Of a stretch of 64,000 nucleotides of DNA, positions 1-8,555 are shown piece by piece. The notes beneath the pieces were generated by a model. That model worked only from the letters and a program-made list of their open reading frames with translations. It did no database searches and was not told the DNA's origin. Position numbers and translations under genes: made by a program. This stretch comes from Omnitrophica WOR_2 bacterium GWF2_43_52 (lineage in GTDB: Bacteria; Omnitrophota; Gorgyraeia; Gygaellales; UBA12090), in contig MHGF01000035.1 in assembly GCA_001805445.1 (NCBI GenBank), forward strand, positions 25,279-89,278, given 5' to 3'. Position 1 is the stretch's first letter; each line of letters opens with the position of its first letter.

Positions 1-102
1 GCATGAAAAAACAGTAAAAGATGAATCGTAAGGCCGGGTTCGCGCAGGGATATGGCTAAAAAACGTTGTAGATAATTGGCGAAGGGATAAAGCGGAAAAA
101 CC

Positions 103-969
103 ATGAAAAGATTATTCTCGGCGCTTACGCTGAGTATGGCGGTATTTTGCTCCTGCCTGTTACAGGAAGCGTCAGCGCAAAACTGGCAGGAATTAAAAAG
201 CGAACATTTTATTGTTTATTTCGAGCAGGATGAAAACTTTGCCAAGGAAGTTTCTTATAAAGCGGAAGTGTATTATCAAAGGATCGCCAGCGACTTAGGC
301 TATGCCCGGTATTCTAATTTCTGGACCTGGGATAATAGGGTTAAGATCTATATTTACAAGGAAAAAGAATCTTTTTTAAAGGCAACCAACCAGCCAACCT
401 GGAGTGAAGGCATGGCGGATTACCGGAATAAACAGATAGTAAGCTATGGCTGGAGCAAAGGTTTTGTGGAGTCGCTGCTTCCCCATGAAATGGCGCATCT
501 TATCTTCAGGGATTTCGTGGGATTTAAAGGCGAGGTCCCTCTCTGGCTTGATGAGGGCGTCGCGCAATGGGCGGAAGAAGCTAAGAGGAGTGAATATAAG
601 CAGTTGGCAAAGCAGTACCTAAGGCAGAATACCCTTCTTTCCTTAGATGATATGATGCGTGTTGATATACGTAATGTTAAAGAGGTGGATAAAGTCCACG
701 TGCGTTCAATCATCAAGAAAGACGGTGAAAGGCTGTTTTTATTTATCGGCGGAGAAAGCCTCGTTACCTTGTATTATTTAGAATCGGTAACGCTCATCGG
801 GTTTCTCATGGATAAGTACGGTTCGGTAAGTTTTGTAGACTTCTGCCGGCAGTTGCGGGATGGGAAATCTTTGCAGGATGCCTTAGGTGCCGCGTATTCT
901 ACCTATAGCATACGGACGCTTCAGGATTTAGAGGATCGATTGATTGAACATTTAGAGGAGGAAAAATGA
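103..969 (+). CDS. Secreted zinc metallopeptidase-like protein (peptidase MA/gluzincin-like)
   Basis: Signal peptide; HEMAH (HExxH) followed by WLDEGVAQW; ATGA overlap with gspG. Confidence 0.75.
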   Translation: MKRLFSALTLSMAVFCSCLLQEASAQNWQELKSEHFIVYFEQDENFAKEVSYKAEVYYQRIASDLGYARYSNFWTWDNRVKIYIYKEKESFLKATNQPTWSEGMADYRNKQIVSYGWSKGFVESLLPHEMAHLIFRDFVGFKGEVPLWLDEGVAQWAEEAKRSEYKQLAKQYLRQNTLLSLDDMMRVDIRNVKEVDKVHVRSIIKKDGERLFLFIGGESLVTLYYLESVTLIGFLMDKYGSVSFVDFCRQLRDGKSLQDALGAAYSTYSIRTLQDLEDRLIEHLEEEK

Positions 970-1454
970 AGGATATGGATATGTTGGTCAGCCGGTTAGC
1001 CGGTGAGCCAGTTAGCCGGCTGAACCCGTTCACCCGTTCACCCGCTCACCCGCTCACCAATAAAGGGTTTACCCTTATTGAACTGATGCTTGTTGTCATT
1101 ATTATTGGCGCTTTGGTGGCAATGGTAATGCCGAGGTTAACCGGACGAGGAGAACAGGCGCGTACGAGTGCCGCCAAGGCAGATATCCAGGCGAATATCG
1201 CTACCGCCCTTAAGCTTTATGAATTAGATAACGGTAATTTTCCGTCTTCTGATGAAGGGCTCAACGCGCTTTTAACGAAGCCTGCTTCATCTACTAACTG
1301 GAACGGCCCCTACTTGGAAAAAAGGCCCGTAGACCCTTGGAATAGGGAATATAAATATAAATGCCCCGGAGAGCACCGGATCGCGGATTATGATTTGTAT
1401 TCTTTAGGGAAAGACGGCACAGAGAGCACGGATGATATCAAGAATTGGGAGTAA
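966..1454 (+). CDS. gspG: Type II secretion major pseudopilin GspG
   Basis: G|FTLIELMLV class III signal, LKLYELDNG, WNGPYL, DPW and C-terminal DDIKNW. Confidence 0.9.
   Translation: MKDMDMLVSRLAGEPVSRLNPFTRSPAHPLTNKGFTLIELMLVVIIIGALVAMVMPRLTGRGEQARTSAAKADIQANIATALKLYELDNGNFPSSDEGLNALLTKPASSTNWNGPYLEKRPVDPWNREYKYKCPGEHRIADYDLYSLGKDGTESTDDIKNWE
984..1060. repeat. Octamer tandem-repeat hairpin inside the gspG leader
   Basis: (GCCGGTKA-like)x4 followed by (ACCCGYTC)x4, roughly reverse-complementary arms. Confidence 0.8.
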
Positions 1455-1986
1455 AAAAATAGGGTATAGCCTAGAGCGTACAGCGTATAGTAAAGATAAA
1501 AAGAATTTTTATTCATGGCTATCCGCTAAACGCTATCACTTCGGCTTCGCTCAGTGCCCTACACCGAAGTGTCCTGAGCCTGTCGAAGGGCCGCTAACCG
1601 CTAAAAAGGGATTTACGCTTGTTGAGGTAATGGTTGCTACGGCAGTGTTATCACTGGGCATAGTCCTTCTCTATGAAGCCTTCTTTAAAATCACTGATGC
1701 CTTTGGTTACTATAACCATTATCTATCAGTTTCTCCTTTCGCGCGTGAAAAGATCTGGGCCGCGCAGGATGCCTTTTCCAAGTCGGGAGATCAGGCCTCA
1801 GTAGAAACAAGCGGAAAGTTTATTCAGAGGGGCAAGGATTTTAACTGGAATATATCGTATGGTTTACTTGATGAGACTCCTGATAGTTTTCTTTACAAGA
1901 TCGATCTGGTTATTGTTTGGAAGGAAGGCTTAAGAAAGGGAAAGCTCCTAAGGAGCGCGTATGCCTTTTATACAAAGAAGAAATAA
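1432..1986 (+). CDS. Minor pseudopilin (GspI-like) with repeat-expanded leader
   Basis: KKG|FTLVEVMVA prepilin motif; C-terminal LYKIDLVIVW; position after gspG. Confidence 0.8.
   Translation: MISRIGSKKIGYSLERTAYSKDKKNFYSWLSAKRYHFGFAQCPTPKCPEPVEGPLTAKKGFTLVEVMVATAVLSLGIVLLYEAFFKITDAFGYYNHYLSVSPFAREKIWAAQDAFSKSGDQASVETSGKFIQRGKDFNWNISYGLLDETPDSFLYKIDLVIVWKEGLRKGKLLRSAYAFYTKKK
1460..1603. repeat. Heptamer-repeat hairpin with a nested 54-bp REP-like palindrome (1537-1590)
   Basis: TAGGGTA/TAGCCTA/GAGCGTA/CAGCGTA opposite CTATCCG/CTAAACG/CTAACCG; nested CTTCGGCTTCGCTCAG...CTGAGCCTGTCGAAG. Confidence 0.75.
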
Positions 1987-1987
1987 G

Positions 1988-2815
1988 ATGTGTAGAGCGT
2001 ATAGTAAAACCAAGGATAGGCGTTCACCATTTCTATCTGCTAAAAAGGGGTTTCCTCCGACAGAAACTATAGCGCACACGGTAAAGAGCAAGAGGTTTTT
2101 TACGGGGCGTGCCCCGAACAAAACGTTGCTCTTGAATTCCTGGTTTTGTTCGGGGCGTGCCCCGACGGAAGCTGTCAAACAGTCTGGAAGGAGTAAGAGG
2201 CTTCCTACGGGGTTTACCCCAAACAAAACCTTGCTCCTTAATTCCAGGTTTTGTTCGGGGTTTACCCTTATTGAAATGCTGATTGTCGCCGTGACCTTTT
2301 CGGTTATTTCACTGGCACTCTATGCCAGCCTTAGTAACGGAATCAGAATATGGCAAAGAATATACAATAATGATGTGGCTCCAGAAGAGAGGGAAATTTT
2401 TCTGGATAGGTTTGCCCATGATTTAAGAAATAGTGGTTCTTTCCAAATGATTGATTTTCTGGGTGAAAAAGATTCGCTTACCTTTCAAACAATCGTCAAC
2501 AGCCGGCAATTGCAAAAGACAACGGTGGGAAAGGTTTCTTATGGCTTTAATCAACAAACAGCTACGCTGGACAGAGAAGAAGCCGATTTCTCGCGAGTAT
2601 GTGAGGGCAAGGATGGGGTCATCACGCATTCATTGAGTAATATCCGGTCGCTCGCATTCTACTATTACTATTACAGTAAGGAGGATAAGGAATATCTTTG
2701 GCTTGATGAGGCAGCCAGCGATATGCCGCTTGCCGTAAGAATGAAGATGGAATATTTAGATGAGCAAAAAAACGAAACTTTTGTTACAACAGTCGCTATC
2801 CCTGTTAGCGGATAG
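1988..2815 (+). CDS. Minor pseudopilin (GspJ-like) with about 91-aa leader
   Basis: SG|FTLIEMLIV motif; C-terminal MPLAVRM; ATG 1988 just after the upstream stop (ORF track starts at 1961). Confidence 0.8.
   Translation: MCRAYSKTKDRRSPFLSAKKGFPPTETIAHTVKSKRFFTGRAPNKTLLLNSWFCSGRAPTEAVKQSGRSKRLPTGFTPNKTLLLNSRFCSGFTLIEMLIVAVTFSVISLALYASLSNGIRIWQRIYNNDVAPEEREIFLDRFAHDLRNSGSFQMIDFLGEKDSLTFQTIVNSRQLQKTTVGKVSYGFNQQTATLDREEADFSRVCEGKDGVITHSLSNIRSLAFYYYYYSKEDKEYLWLDEAASDMPLAVRMKMEYLDEQKNETFVTTVAIPVSG
2055..2260. repeat. Array of four inverted-repeat cassettes (53/44/53/44 bp) separated by 4-nt spacers
   Basis: Units 2055-2107, 2112-2155, 2160-2212, 2217-2260; 5' ends CTCCG/CCCCG/CCCCG/CCCCA, all ending CGGGG. 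Confidence 0.9.
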
Positions 2816-3812
2816 CCAAAGAGCCAGTATCGTCGTCATTGCCTTATGGACGTTGTGTTTGTTATCTGTATTTACGGTAACTTTAGGCTCCGGGGTAAGG
2901 CAAAAACTCGTACTTATCAAGCGGCTTGATGAGAGAGATCGGATGCGGGGGATACTTGATAGCGCAGTCAAAAAAGCAATCCTGCAGATTAAAAAAGAGG
3001 AGCAAAAAGGCGCTGATACCTTAGCTGATGGCTGGAGTACTGACGCGCCAGCATTTAAGGATATTCCCCTTGAAGACGGAGAGTTTTCGGTAGCATATCC
3101 GTATCAGGACGAAATTACAGGAAGCCTCACCATCCGTTACGGGCTTATTGATGAAGAGAGTAAAATTAACATCAATACCGCAAAGCGCGGTGTTCTGGAA
3201 CGGCTTTTTAGCATGGTGTTAGATATGAATGCCGTAGAATCCCAGGAATTAGCCGCGGCAATTGTTGATTGGCGGGATGCCGACAGCTTCTTATCTATTC
3301 CCTTAGGCAGCGCGGAGGACGCGTATTATAAGGGGTTATCGTATCCTTATGAAGCCAAGGACGCGGATTTTGAATCTTTGGATGAGGCCTTGTTAGTCAA
3401 AGGCATGCGCTCCGATATCTTTGAAAAGATAAAAAAATATATTACCGTTTACGGCCAGGCAAGAGTGAATATTAATACTACCTCTAAGATAGTGCTTTTG
3501 GCATTGGGGCTGAGCGAGAAGGTTGTTAATGATATCATGCTTTTTCGCGCGGGCCCTGACGGCGTTATGGGAACTAAGGACGATGGCGTATTTGATGGAG
3601 AGGTTTCTATCACTCAGAGGCTGAGCCAGCGCTATCCTTTAAGCGAAGCAGAGGCAGCTGAGCTTACCGTGGTTTCAGAGTATTATCTGACGACATATTC
3701 TAGCGCTTTCATGGCGCAGGCATCTGCTTGGCTCCATAACCGTAAGTATAGCGGTTCTGTCGTTTCAGTGATCAACCGGCAGGGTAAAATTTTATATTGG
3801 CATGAAGTTTAG
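2760..3812 (+). CDS. gspK: Type II secretion minor pseudopilin GspK
   Basis: Hydrophobic N-terminus, DEESKININTA, IVDWRDAD, second VNINT motif. Confidence 0.85.
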   Translation: MSKKTKLLLQQSLSLLADSQRASIVVIALWTLCLLSVFTVTLGSGVRQKLVLIKRLDERDRMRGILDSAVKKAILQIKKEEQKGADTLADGWSTDAPAFKDIPLEDGEFSVAYPYQDEITGSLTIRYGLIDEESKININTAKRGVLERLFSMVLDMNAVESQELAAAIVDWRDADSFLSIPLGSAEDAYYKGLSYPYEAKDADFESLDEALLVKGMRSDIFEKIKKYITVYGQARVNINTTSKIVLLALGLSEKVVNDIMLFRAGPDGVMGTKDDGVFDGEVSITQRLSQRYPLSEAEAAELTVVSEYYLTTYSSAFMAQASAWLHNRKYSGSVVSVINRQGKILYWHEV

Positions 3813-3885
3813 ATAGTTTCTTAAGTTTATTGCAGCTTTTGAGTTAAAGATAAAATATGGTTTTTAATGAACCTGTGTTTTTAGA

Positions 3886-3969
3886 TACACTGATTCAGAC
3901 GGATGGTTACGGATGCCGCGGATAAAAATAATCTGTCTGCATCCGCTAAAATCCGTTTGCATTCGTGTT
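3886..3969. repeat. 9-10-mer tandem-repeat hairpin
   Basis: (ACGGAT)n arm opposite (ATCCGY)n arm. Confidence 0.65.
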
Positions 3970-4069
3970 ATTGAATCAATGCGCGAAAATCTATCAGAAC
4001 TTATTGGTAAACAAAGCATTACAAAAAATGCTTGCAAAAAATCCGGGAAAGCTTCGAAGTTTAACTATT

Positions 4070-5554
4070 ATGTTTAAGAATATAGTAAAAATGATTCCCT
4101 TTTCCTTTACGCCTGCTATCGGCGATTCTATAGGAATATCCCTTACGAGTACTACCCTTAAGCTTGTCCATATTCAGAGCGGCTTCAATAAAATAGAATT
4201 ATCTCATATCGCCTCTCATACGGTTACCGCTATGGCCGAGGGCGATATCTCGAAGCTCCTTGCAACGTCTTTTAATGAGATGAAGACCCGCCACGCGCAG
4301 GCCATAACGATTATTCCAAGCCACGCGGTGATTACCAAGAATATTGAGATTCCCTCAACCGACCCCCGGGAGATACGAGAGATTATTAATCTGCAGGCAG
4401 GCAGGCATACCCCCTATTCGCGGGAAGAGATTATCGTTGATTATATTGAATTAGGCACGTATAAAGGCAGCTATACGAAGATTCTCCTGGTGATTGTGAC
4501 TGCTGCCTCTGTGAAGAAGCTGCTTGATATAATTGCTAAAGCGGGGATTAAACAGGAAAGGGTTGTTTTTGCCATGGAAGGCATTGCCTGTTTTGCGCAA
4601 AAATTCCTTCAGATAGATTCGACCCATAATCCGGTTACCCTCATCCATGTGGATGAGAGTTTTACCGATTTCGCGGTTATTTTTAGGCATAAACCCGTGT
4701 TTCTAAGAAGTATTCCGCTCGGGGCCCAACATATCGCGGGCGAAAAAGAAAAATACGAGGCGCAATTTGTCGAGGAACTTAAAAAATCGCTTGAGGCATA
4801 TCAGAGTGAAGATATTGAAAGGATACCGCAAACAATTGTACTTGCCGGCGCGGTTGACGAGTTAAGCGGCTGGGAGGCTATTTTGGAGGCGACGTTCCAT
4901 TACCCCGTTAAGCGCATCCCTTCTTTTAAGAATATCGCCATTGCCCCGGCAGCGTTTCATAAGGTATCATCGCTTCCTCACAGGGTATCATTTATAGATG
5001 TCATCGCACCTTTAGTGGCGCAGGCGGAGACTAAGGTTGAGCTTATCCCTGATGATATCAAGGTGAGGTTTGCTTTAGAGGCCCGCGGCAGAGAGTTAAT
5101 GAAAACAGGGGTATTGACATTTGCCGCCTTCATTTTGATTTTTTTTCTTATGTTAAGTATGCTGTATTTTAAAAGCAGCGACTTAAAAAAGCTGGATATG
5201 AAGTATCAGGCCTTTACCCAAGAGGCAGCCGCGTTAAAGAAAGACTTTGATAAAAACAATCTTATTGAAAGTTACGTTAAGAACCACGGTTATTCCGTTG
5301 AGCTGCTTACCGGCCTTTATGAGCTTGTGCCGCTGGAGGTGGCATTACAGGATATCAGGTTTGAAAAACAAGGGAAATTACAGTTACGCGGCATCGCGGA
5401 ATCAATGTCCGCGGTTTTTTTGCTTTCGGATACTTTGAAGAAATCAAAATATTTTACCGATATACGAATAGGCTCAACCTCGCGAAGGAAAGAGGATGCC
5501 AAGGATGTTACCGATTTTGAGATAACGGCTTCTTTTGGCAAGATTCCTGAATGA
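4070..5554 (+). CDS. PilM-like actin-fold domain fused to a PilN-like TM/periplasmic domain (GspL-like)
   Basis: IGISL, HTPYSREEIIVDY, FLRSIPLG, IVLAG; one TM then a PilN-like C-terminus (LKKSKYF); start uncertain (ORF from 3965). Confidence 0.75.
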   Translation: MFKNIVKMIPFSFTPAIGDSIGISLTSTTLKLVHIQSGFNKIELSHIASHTVTAMAEGDISKLLATSFNEMKTRHAQAITIIPSHAVITKNIEIPSTDPREIREIINLQAGRHTPYSREEIIVDYIELGTYKGSYTKILLVIVTAASVKKLLDIIAKAGIKQERVVFAMEGIACFAQKFLQIDSTHNPVTLIHVDESFTDFAVIFRHKPVFLRSIPLGAQHIAGEKEKYEAQFVEELKKSLEAYQSEDIERIPQTIVLAGAVDELSGWEAILEATFHYPVKRIPSFKNIAIAPAAFHKVSSLPHRVSFIDVIAPLVAQAETKVELIPDDIKVRFALEARGRELMKTGVLTFAAFILIFFLMLSMLYFKSSDLKKLDMKYQAFTQEAAALKKDFDKNNLIESYVKNHGYSVELLTGLYELVPLEVALQDIRFEKQGKLQLRGIAESMSAVFLLSDTLKKSKYFTDIRIGSTSRRKEDAKDVTDFEITASFGKIPE

Positions 5555-5603
5555 GGATACTGTTGTTACGCTGACCGCGCCTTCGCCACTAGGAGGTTTC
5601 CCG

Positions 5604-6173
5604 ATGATTTTAAGCATGGTTAAGATACAATCGCTCTACGCTGTTATCGCGCGTTTATCCAAAAGAGAAAAGCTTGTTCTCTATGGCGCGGCCTTTTTTG
5701 TGTCACTTACGGTGCTCGATAGGCTGGTTGTGTCCGCGGTCATTGGGAAGATGAGGCATCTTGATGCTCAGATAAAGGAAAAAACAGACGCGGCCAGGGA
5801 GAACCTCAAGCTTTTGGCGCGCAAAGAAAGAATTATCGCTGAGACCAAAAAATACGCCTCTTTTTTAAATAACGAACAATCCAGAGAAGAGTTGGTTACC
5901 TCGGTTTTAAAGGAAGTTGAAGACTTGGCAAACAAAAGCCAGGTCTATCTTATTGATATAAAGCCCGCGGGCTTTAAGGACAGCGGGAGTATCCGGGAAT
6001 ATACCATCAGCCTTAATTGCGAAGCGCAGATGGGGCAGCTTGTTGAATTTATGTATAGTATTGAGAAATCCTCACTTTTATTATCTATCGATAAATATCA
6101 GCTAAGTCCCAAAGCCAAAGAATCAAGCCTGGCTCGATGCAGCATGAGTGTGTCTAAAATCACGCTGCGTTAA
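5604..6173 (+). CDS. PilO/GspM-like assembly platform protein
   Basis: LSKREK + TM + coiled coil + QLVEFMYSIEKS; AGGAGG before ATG 5604. Confidence 0.75.
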   Translation: MILSMVKIQSLYAVIARLSKREKLVLYGAAFFVSLTVLDRLVVSAVIGKMRHLDAQIKEKTDAARENLKLLARKERIIAETKKYASFLNNEQSREELVTSVLKEVEDLANKSQVYLIDIKPAGFKDSGSIREYTISLNCEAQMGQLVEFMYSIEKSSLLLSIDKYQLSPKAKESSLARCSMSVSKITLR

Positions 6174-6297
6174 ACCCTGCCTTTGCAGTAGCCTCATGAG
6201 CGCAGAGCGCGAAACATATTCTTTCGCTTACTCATTAAGCCATTGGTAAGGCTTTTCATTTTAGTTTTGATACAGTAAAGCGAAATTATTTGGAATG

Positions 6298-6501
6298 GGT
6301 CAGTTATTGGGGGAGGGTAAAAACGGGTCCTGCCAAGGTTATGTTTTCGCAGGGACGTTCGGTCTGCTCCTGCGGCAGACCTCACTCGGCGTAAATTTTT
6401 GCGCCCGCCACCGAAGTAATGGCGGGGCCAAGCCGCAAAAATTTCCGTACGCCCTGCTCAAACACAACCTCGTCACCCATTTTTATCCCCGTTTAGTGAC
6501 C
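6298..6501. repeat. About 200-bp nested imperfect inverted-repeat element (MITE/REPIN-like)
   Basis: GGTCA..TAAAAACGGGT..AGGTTATGTTT..GCAGGG pairs with CCCTGC..AAACACAACCT..ACCCATTTTTA..TGACC; internal hairpins. Confidence 0.7.
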
Positions 6502-6526
6502 GATTACAATTATTTTTAAAAAAAAC

Positions 6527-6554
6527 TTGACAAGAATTCTTTTTTCGTTATACT
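6527..6554 (+). promoter_or_regulatory. Sigma70-type promoter of the tRNA/ribosomal supercluster
   Basis: TTGACA-16 nt-TATACT with an A/T-rich upstream tract. Confidence 0.75.
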
Positions 6555-6797
6555 TAGTAGTCTGTTATTGTTATCCCCAAATGATGGTTGTTCCGCGTAA
6601 CGTAGGTACGCTTCCCGAGGGGTAATAGTTTCTAGAAAAAGAGTGTTGGAAAATCAAAGGGATTGGCAGAAGCAAGCGTAAAAAAAGATGAAGGCGCTCC
6701 TGCTAATGCCAGAGTGGTTTTTTTTCATTTTCTGATGAGAGTCCTAAGACAAAACCTAGAGTAATGATCTTTAGGAAACAACGGACTTGAACCTGTT

Positions 6798-6870
6798 GCT
6801 GGAGTAGCTCAGTTGGTAGAGCACGTCCTTGGTAAGGACGGGGTCACGGGTTCAATTCCCGTCTCCAGCT
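6798..6870 (+). tRNA. tRNA-Thr(GGT)
   Basis: GCTGGAG/CTCCAGC acceptor stem, CGTCC-TTGGTAA-GGACG anticodon arm, GGTTCAA T-loop; CCA not encoded. Confidence 0.95.
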
Positions 6871-6951
6871 TGTAACCATGGCAAGAAGCGGATGTGAGAA
6901 ACGAATATTCGCTAATGATGCCATGCCCATAAGCATACCGTAGCGGCAAAC

Positions 6952-7101
6952 ATGCGTGAATTAATTACCTTAGAGTGCACAGGTTGTAAGAATCGTAATT
7001 ATACGGCAACGAGGAATAAGAAACTACATCAGGACAAGCTTGCCTTAAGCAAGTACTGCAAATTTTGCCATAAGCATACGGAGCATAAAGAAATTAAGTA
7101 A
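6952..7101 (+). CDS. rpmG: 50S ribosomal protein L33 (Zn-ribbon type)
   Basis: Manual translation [17 protein letters not shown]...[16 protein letters not shown] (49 aa, below the ORF-track cut-off). Confidence 0.95.
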   Translation: MRELITLECTGCKNRNYTATRNKKLHQDKLALSKYCKFCHKHTEHKEIK

Positions 7102-7174
7102 GGAGTTACAATTCACTGCCGACGGCTAAGAGTGAGCGGCAAAGAAAGAAGTATCAGTAGCTGCGGCCCATTTT

Positions 7175-7245
7175 AGGAGCGTCGGTTAATGGCAAACCAC
7201 CGGTCTCCAAAACCGGGACTGCAGGTTCGAGCCCTGCCGCTCCTG
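7175..7245 (+). tRNA. tRNA-Trp(CCA)
   Basis: AGGAGCG/CGCTCCT acceptor stem, CCGGT-CTCCAAA-ACCGG anticodon arm, GGTTCGA; canonical position before secE. Confidence 0.95.
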
Positions 7246-7335
7246 GTATTTATATTTCTCTACCGATAGGAAGCGCGCAGGTAAACCAAGATTTCGCGAT
7301 AGCTATATCTTGGTTTAAGGGGCGAAGTAAAACAT

Positions 7336-7599
7336 ATGGACTTTCTGATGCATAATATAGGTAAGATACTTTGCGCGCTCATCGGTATCATGCTCGCGGT
7401 AGCAGGTATTAAAAATTATAAAAAAATAAAAGTGTTTTTGTCAGAGGTGAAGGTGGAACTTTCCAAAGTTTCCTGGTCAACACGCCATGAGCTCTTTGGA
7501 GCAACAAGTGTAGTGATAAGCGCAACCTTTATTTTGGCTCTCTATATAGGAATAGTAGATTTTTCATTGTCACGCCTTTTAACAGTATTGATAAAATGA
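7336..7599 (+). CDS. secE: Preprotein translocase SecE
   Basis: FLSEVKVELSKVSW motif + TM; extra N-terminal hydrophobic segment. Confidence 0.93.
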   Translation: MDFLMHNIGKILCALIGIMLAVAGIKNYKKIKVFLSEVKVELSKVSWSTRHELFGATSVVISATFILALYIGIVDFSLSRLLTVLIK

Positions 7600-8126
7600 C
7601 GAAGAAGTGGTACGTAGTGCATACCCAGACAGGCTTGGAAGATAAAGTTAAGCTTAACCTTGAAAAGCGCATAGCGGTGTCTGATGTTAAAGATTTGATG
7701 GGGCAGGTAATGATTCCTACTGAACAGGTTTCTGAAATACGCAGCGGCAAAAAAAGGGTTTCTCAGAGAAAATTTTTTCCTGGTTATTTGCTCGTTGAGA
7801 TGGAGTTGAATGAACGGACCTATTTGTTGGTAAAAACGACCCAGGGAGTAACCGGTTTTATTGGGTTGGGTAAGCAGCCTTCATCATTACCGGAAGAAGA
7901 AATAAAGAATATCCTGAAGAAATCGGAGGAGACCCACACCAAGCCCGCTCTCAAGGTCATATTCACCAAGGATGAGCAGGTCAGGGTGATTGAAGGCCCC
8001 TTCGTCAACTTTAACGGGACCATTGAAGAAGTCCGTCCGGAAAAGGGTAAATTAAAAGTAGCGGTTTCCATTTTTGGAAGGGCTACTCTTGTTGAGCTGG
8101 AATATTGGCAGGTGGAGAAAATATAG
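7596..8126 (+). CDS. nusG: Transcription factor NusG
   Basis: KWYVVHT, FFPGY, KOW domain GPF...IFGR. Confidence 0.97.
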   Translation: MTKKWYVVHTQTGLEDKVKLNLEKRIAVSDVKDLMGQVMIPTEQVSEIRSGKKRVSQRKFFPGYLLVEMELNERTYLLVKTTQGVTGFIGLGKQPSSLPEEEIKNILKKSEETHTKPALKVIFTKDEQVRVIEGPFVNFNGTIEEVRPEKGKLKVAVSIFGRATLVELEYWQVEKI

Positions 8127-8128
8127 CG

Positions 8129-8554
8129 ATGGCCAAGAAAATAGTGGCACAGATAAAACTGCATGTTCCCGCGGGGCAGGCGAATCCTGCTCCTCCCGTT
8201 GGCCCCGCGCTCGGCCAGCACGGAGTCAACATTATGCAGTTTTGCAAGCAATTTAATGAGCAGACCAAGGGCAGGGAAGGGCTCATTCTGCCTGCGGTAA
8301 TCAGTGTCTATGAAGATAAGTCGTTTGATTTTATTATTAAAACCCCTCCCAGTTCGGTCCTCCTTAAAAAGGCGGCAAATATAGCCAAGGCTTCTGGCCA
8401 GGCAGGGAAGGAAAAGATTGGGACCGTAACGCGCAAACAGATTGAAGAAATAACAAACCTTAAATTGAAGGATTTAAATTGTATGGATTTCCAAAAAGCG
8501 CTCAAGATTATTGAGGGAACTGCCCGGAGTATGGGCATCGCGGTTGAGGGTTAA
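8129..8554 (+). CDS. rplK: 50S ribosomal protein L11
   Basis: [15 protein letters not shown]; ATG at 8129. Confidence 0.97.
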   Translation: MAKKIVAQIKLHVPAGQANPAPPVGPALGQHGVNIMQFCKQFNEQTKGREGLILPAVISVYEDKSFDFIIKTPPSSVLLKKAANIAKASGQAGKEKIGTVTRKQIEEITNLKLKDLNCMDFQKALKIIEGTARSMGIAVEG

Positions 8555-8555
8555 A

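Noticed and set aside
2055-2260. CRISPR array or integron attC array
   Set aside because: No constant repeat with unique spacers, no cas or integrase gene, no GTTRRRY/RYYYAAC boxes; units are alternating hairpins in a coding frame
3965-4069. N-terminal extension of the PilM-like ORF
   Set aside because: GTG start lies inside a repeat hairpin and has no SD; a later ATG is more plausible
6194-6519. Short minus-strand ORFs (63 and 74 aa)
   Set aside because: They coincide with palindromic non-coding elements and have no protein features
6878-6943. Possible remnant of a second tuf between tRNA-Thr and rpmG
   Set aside because: The position is suggestive but similarity (ATGGCA start, CATACCGT) is too short to support
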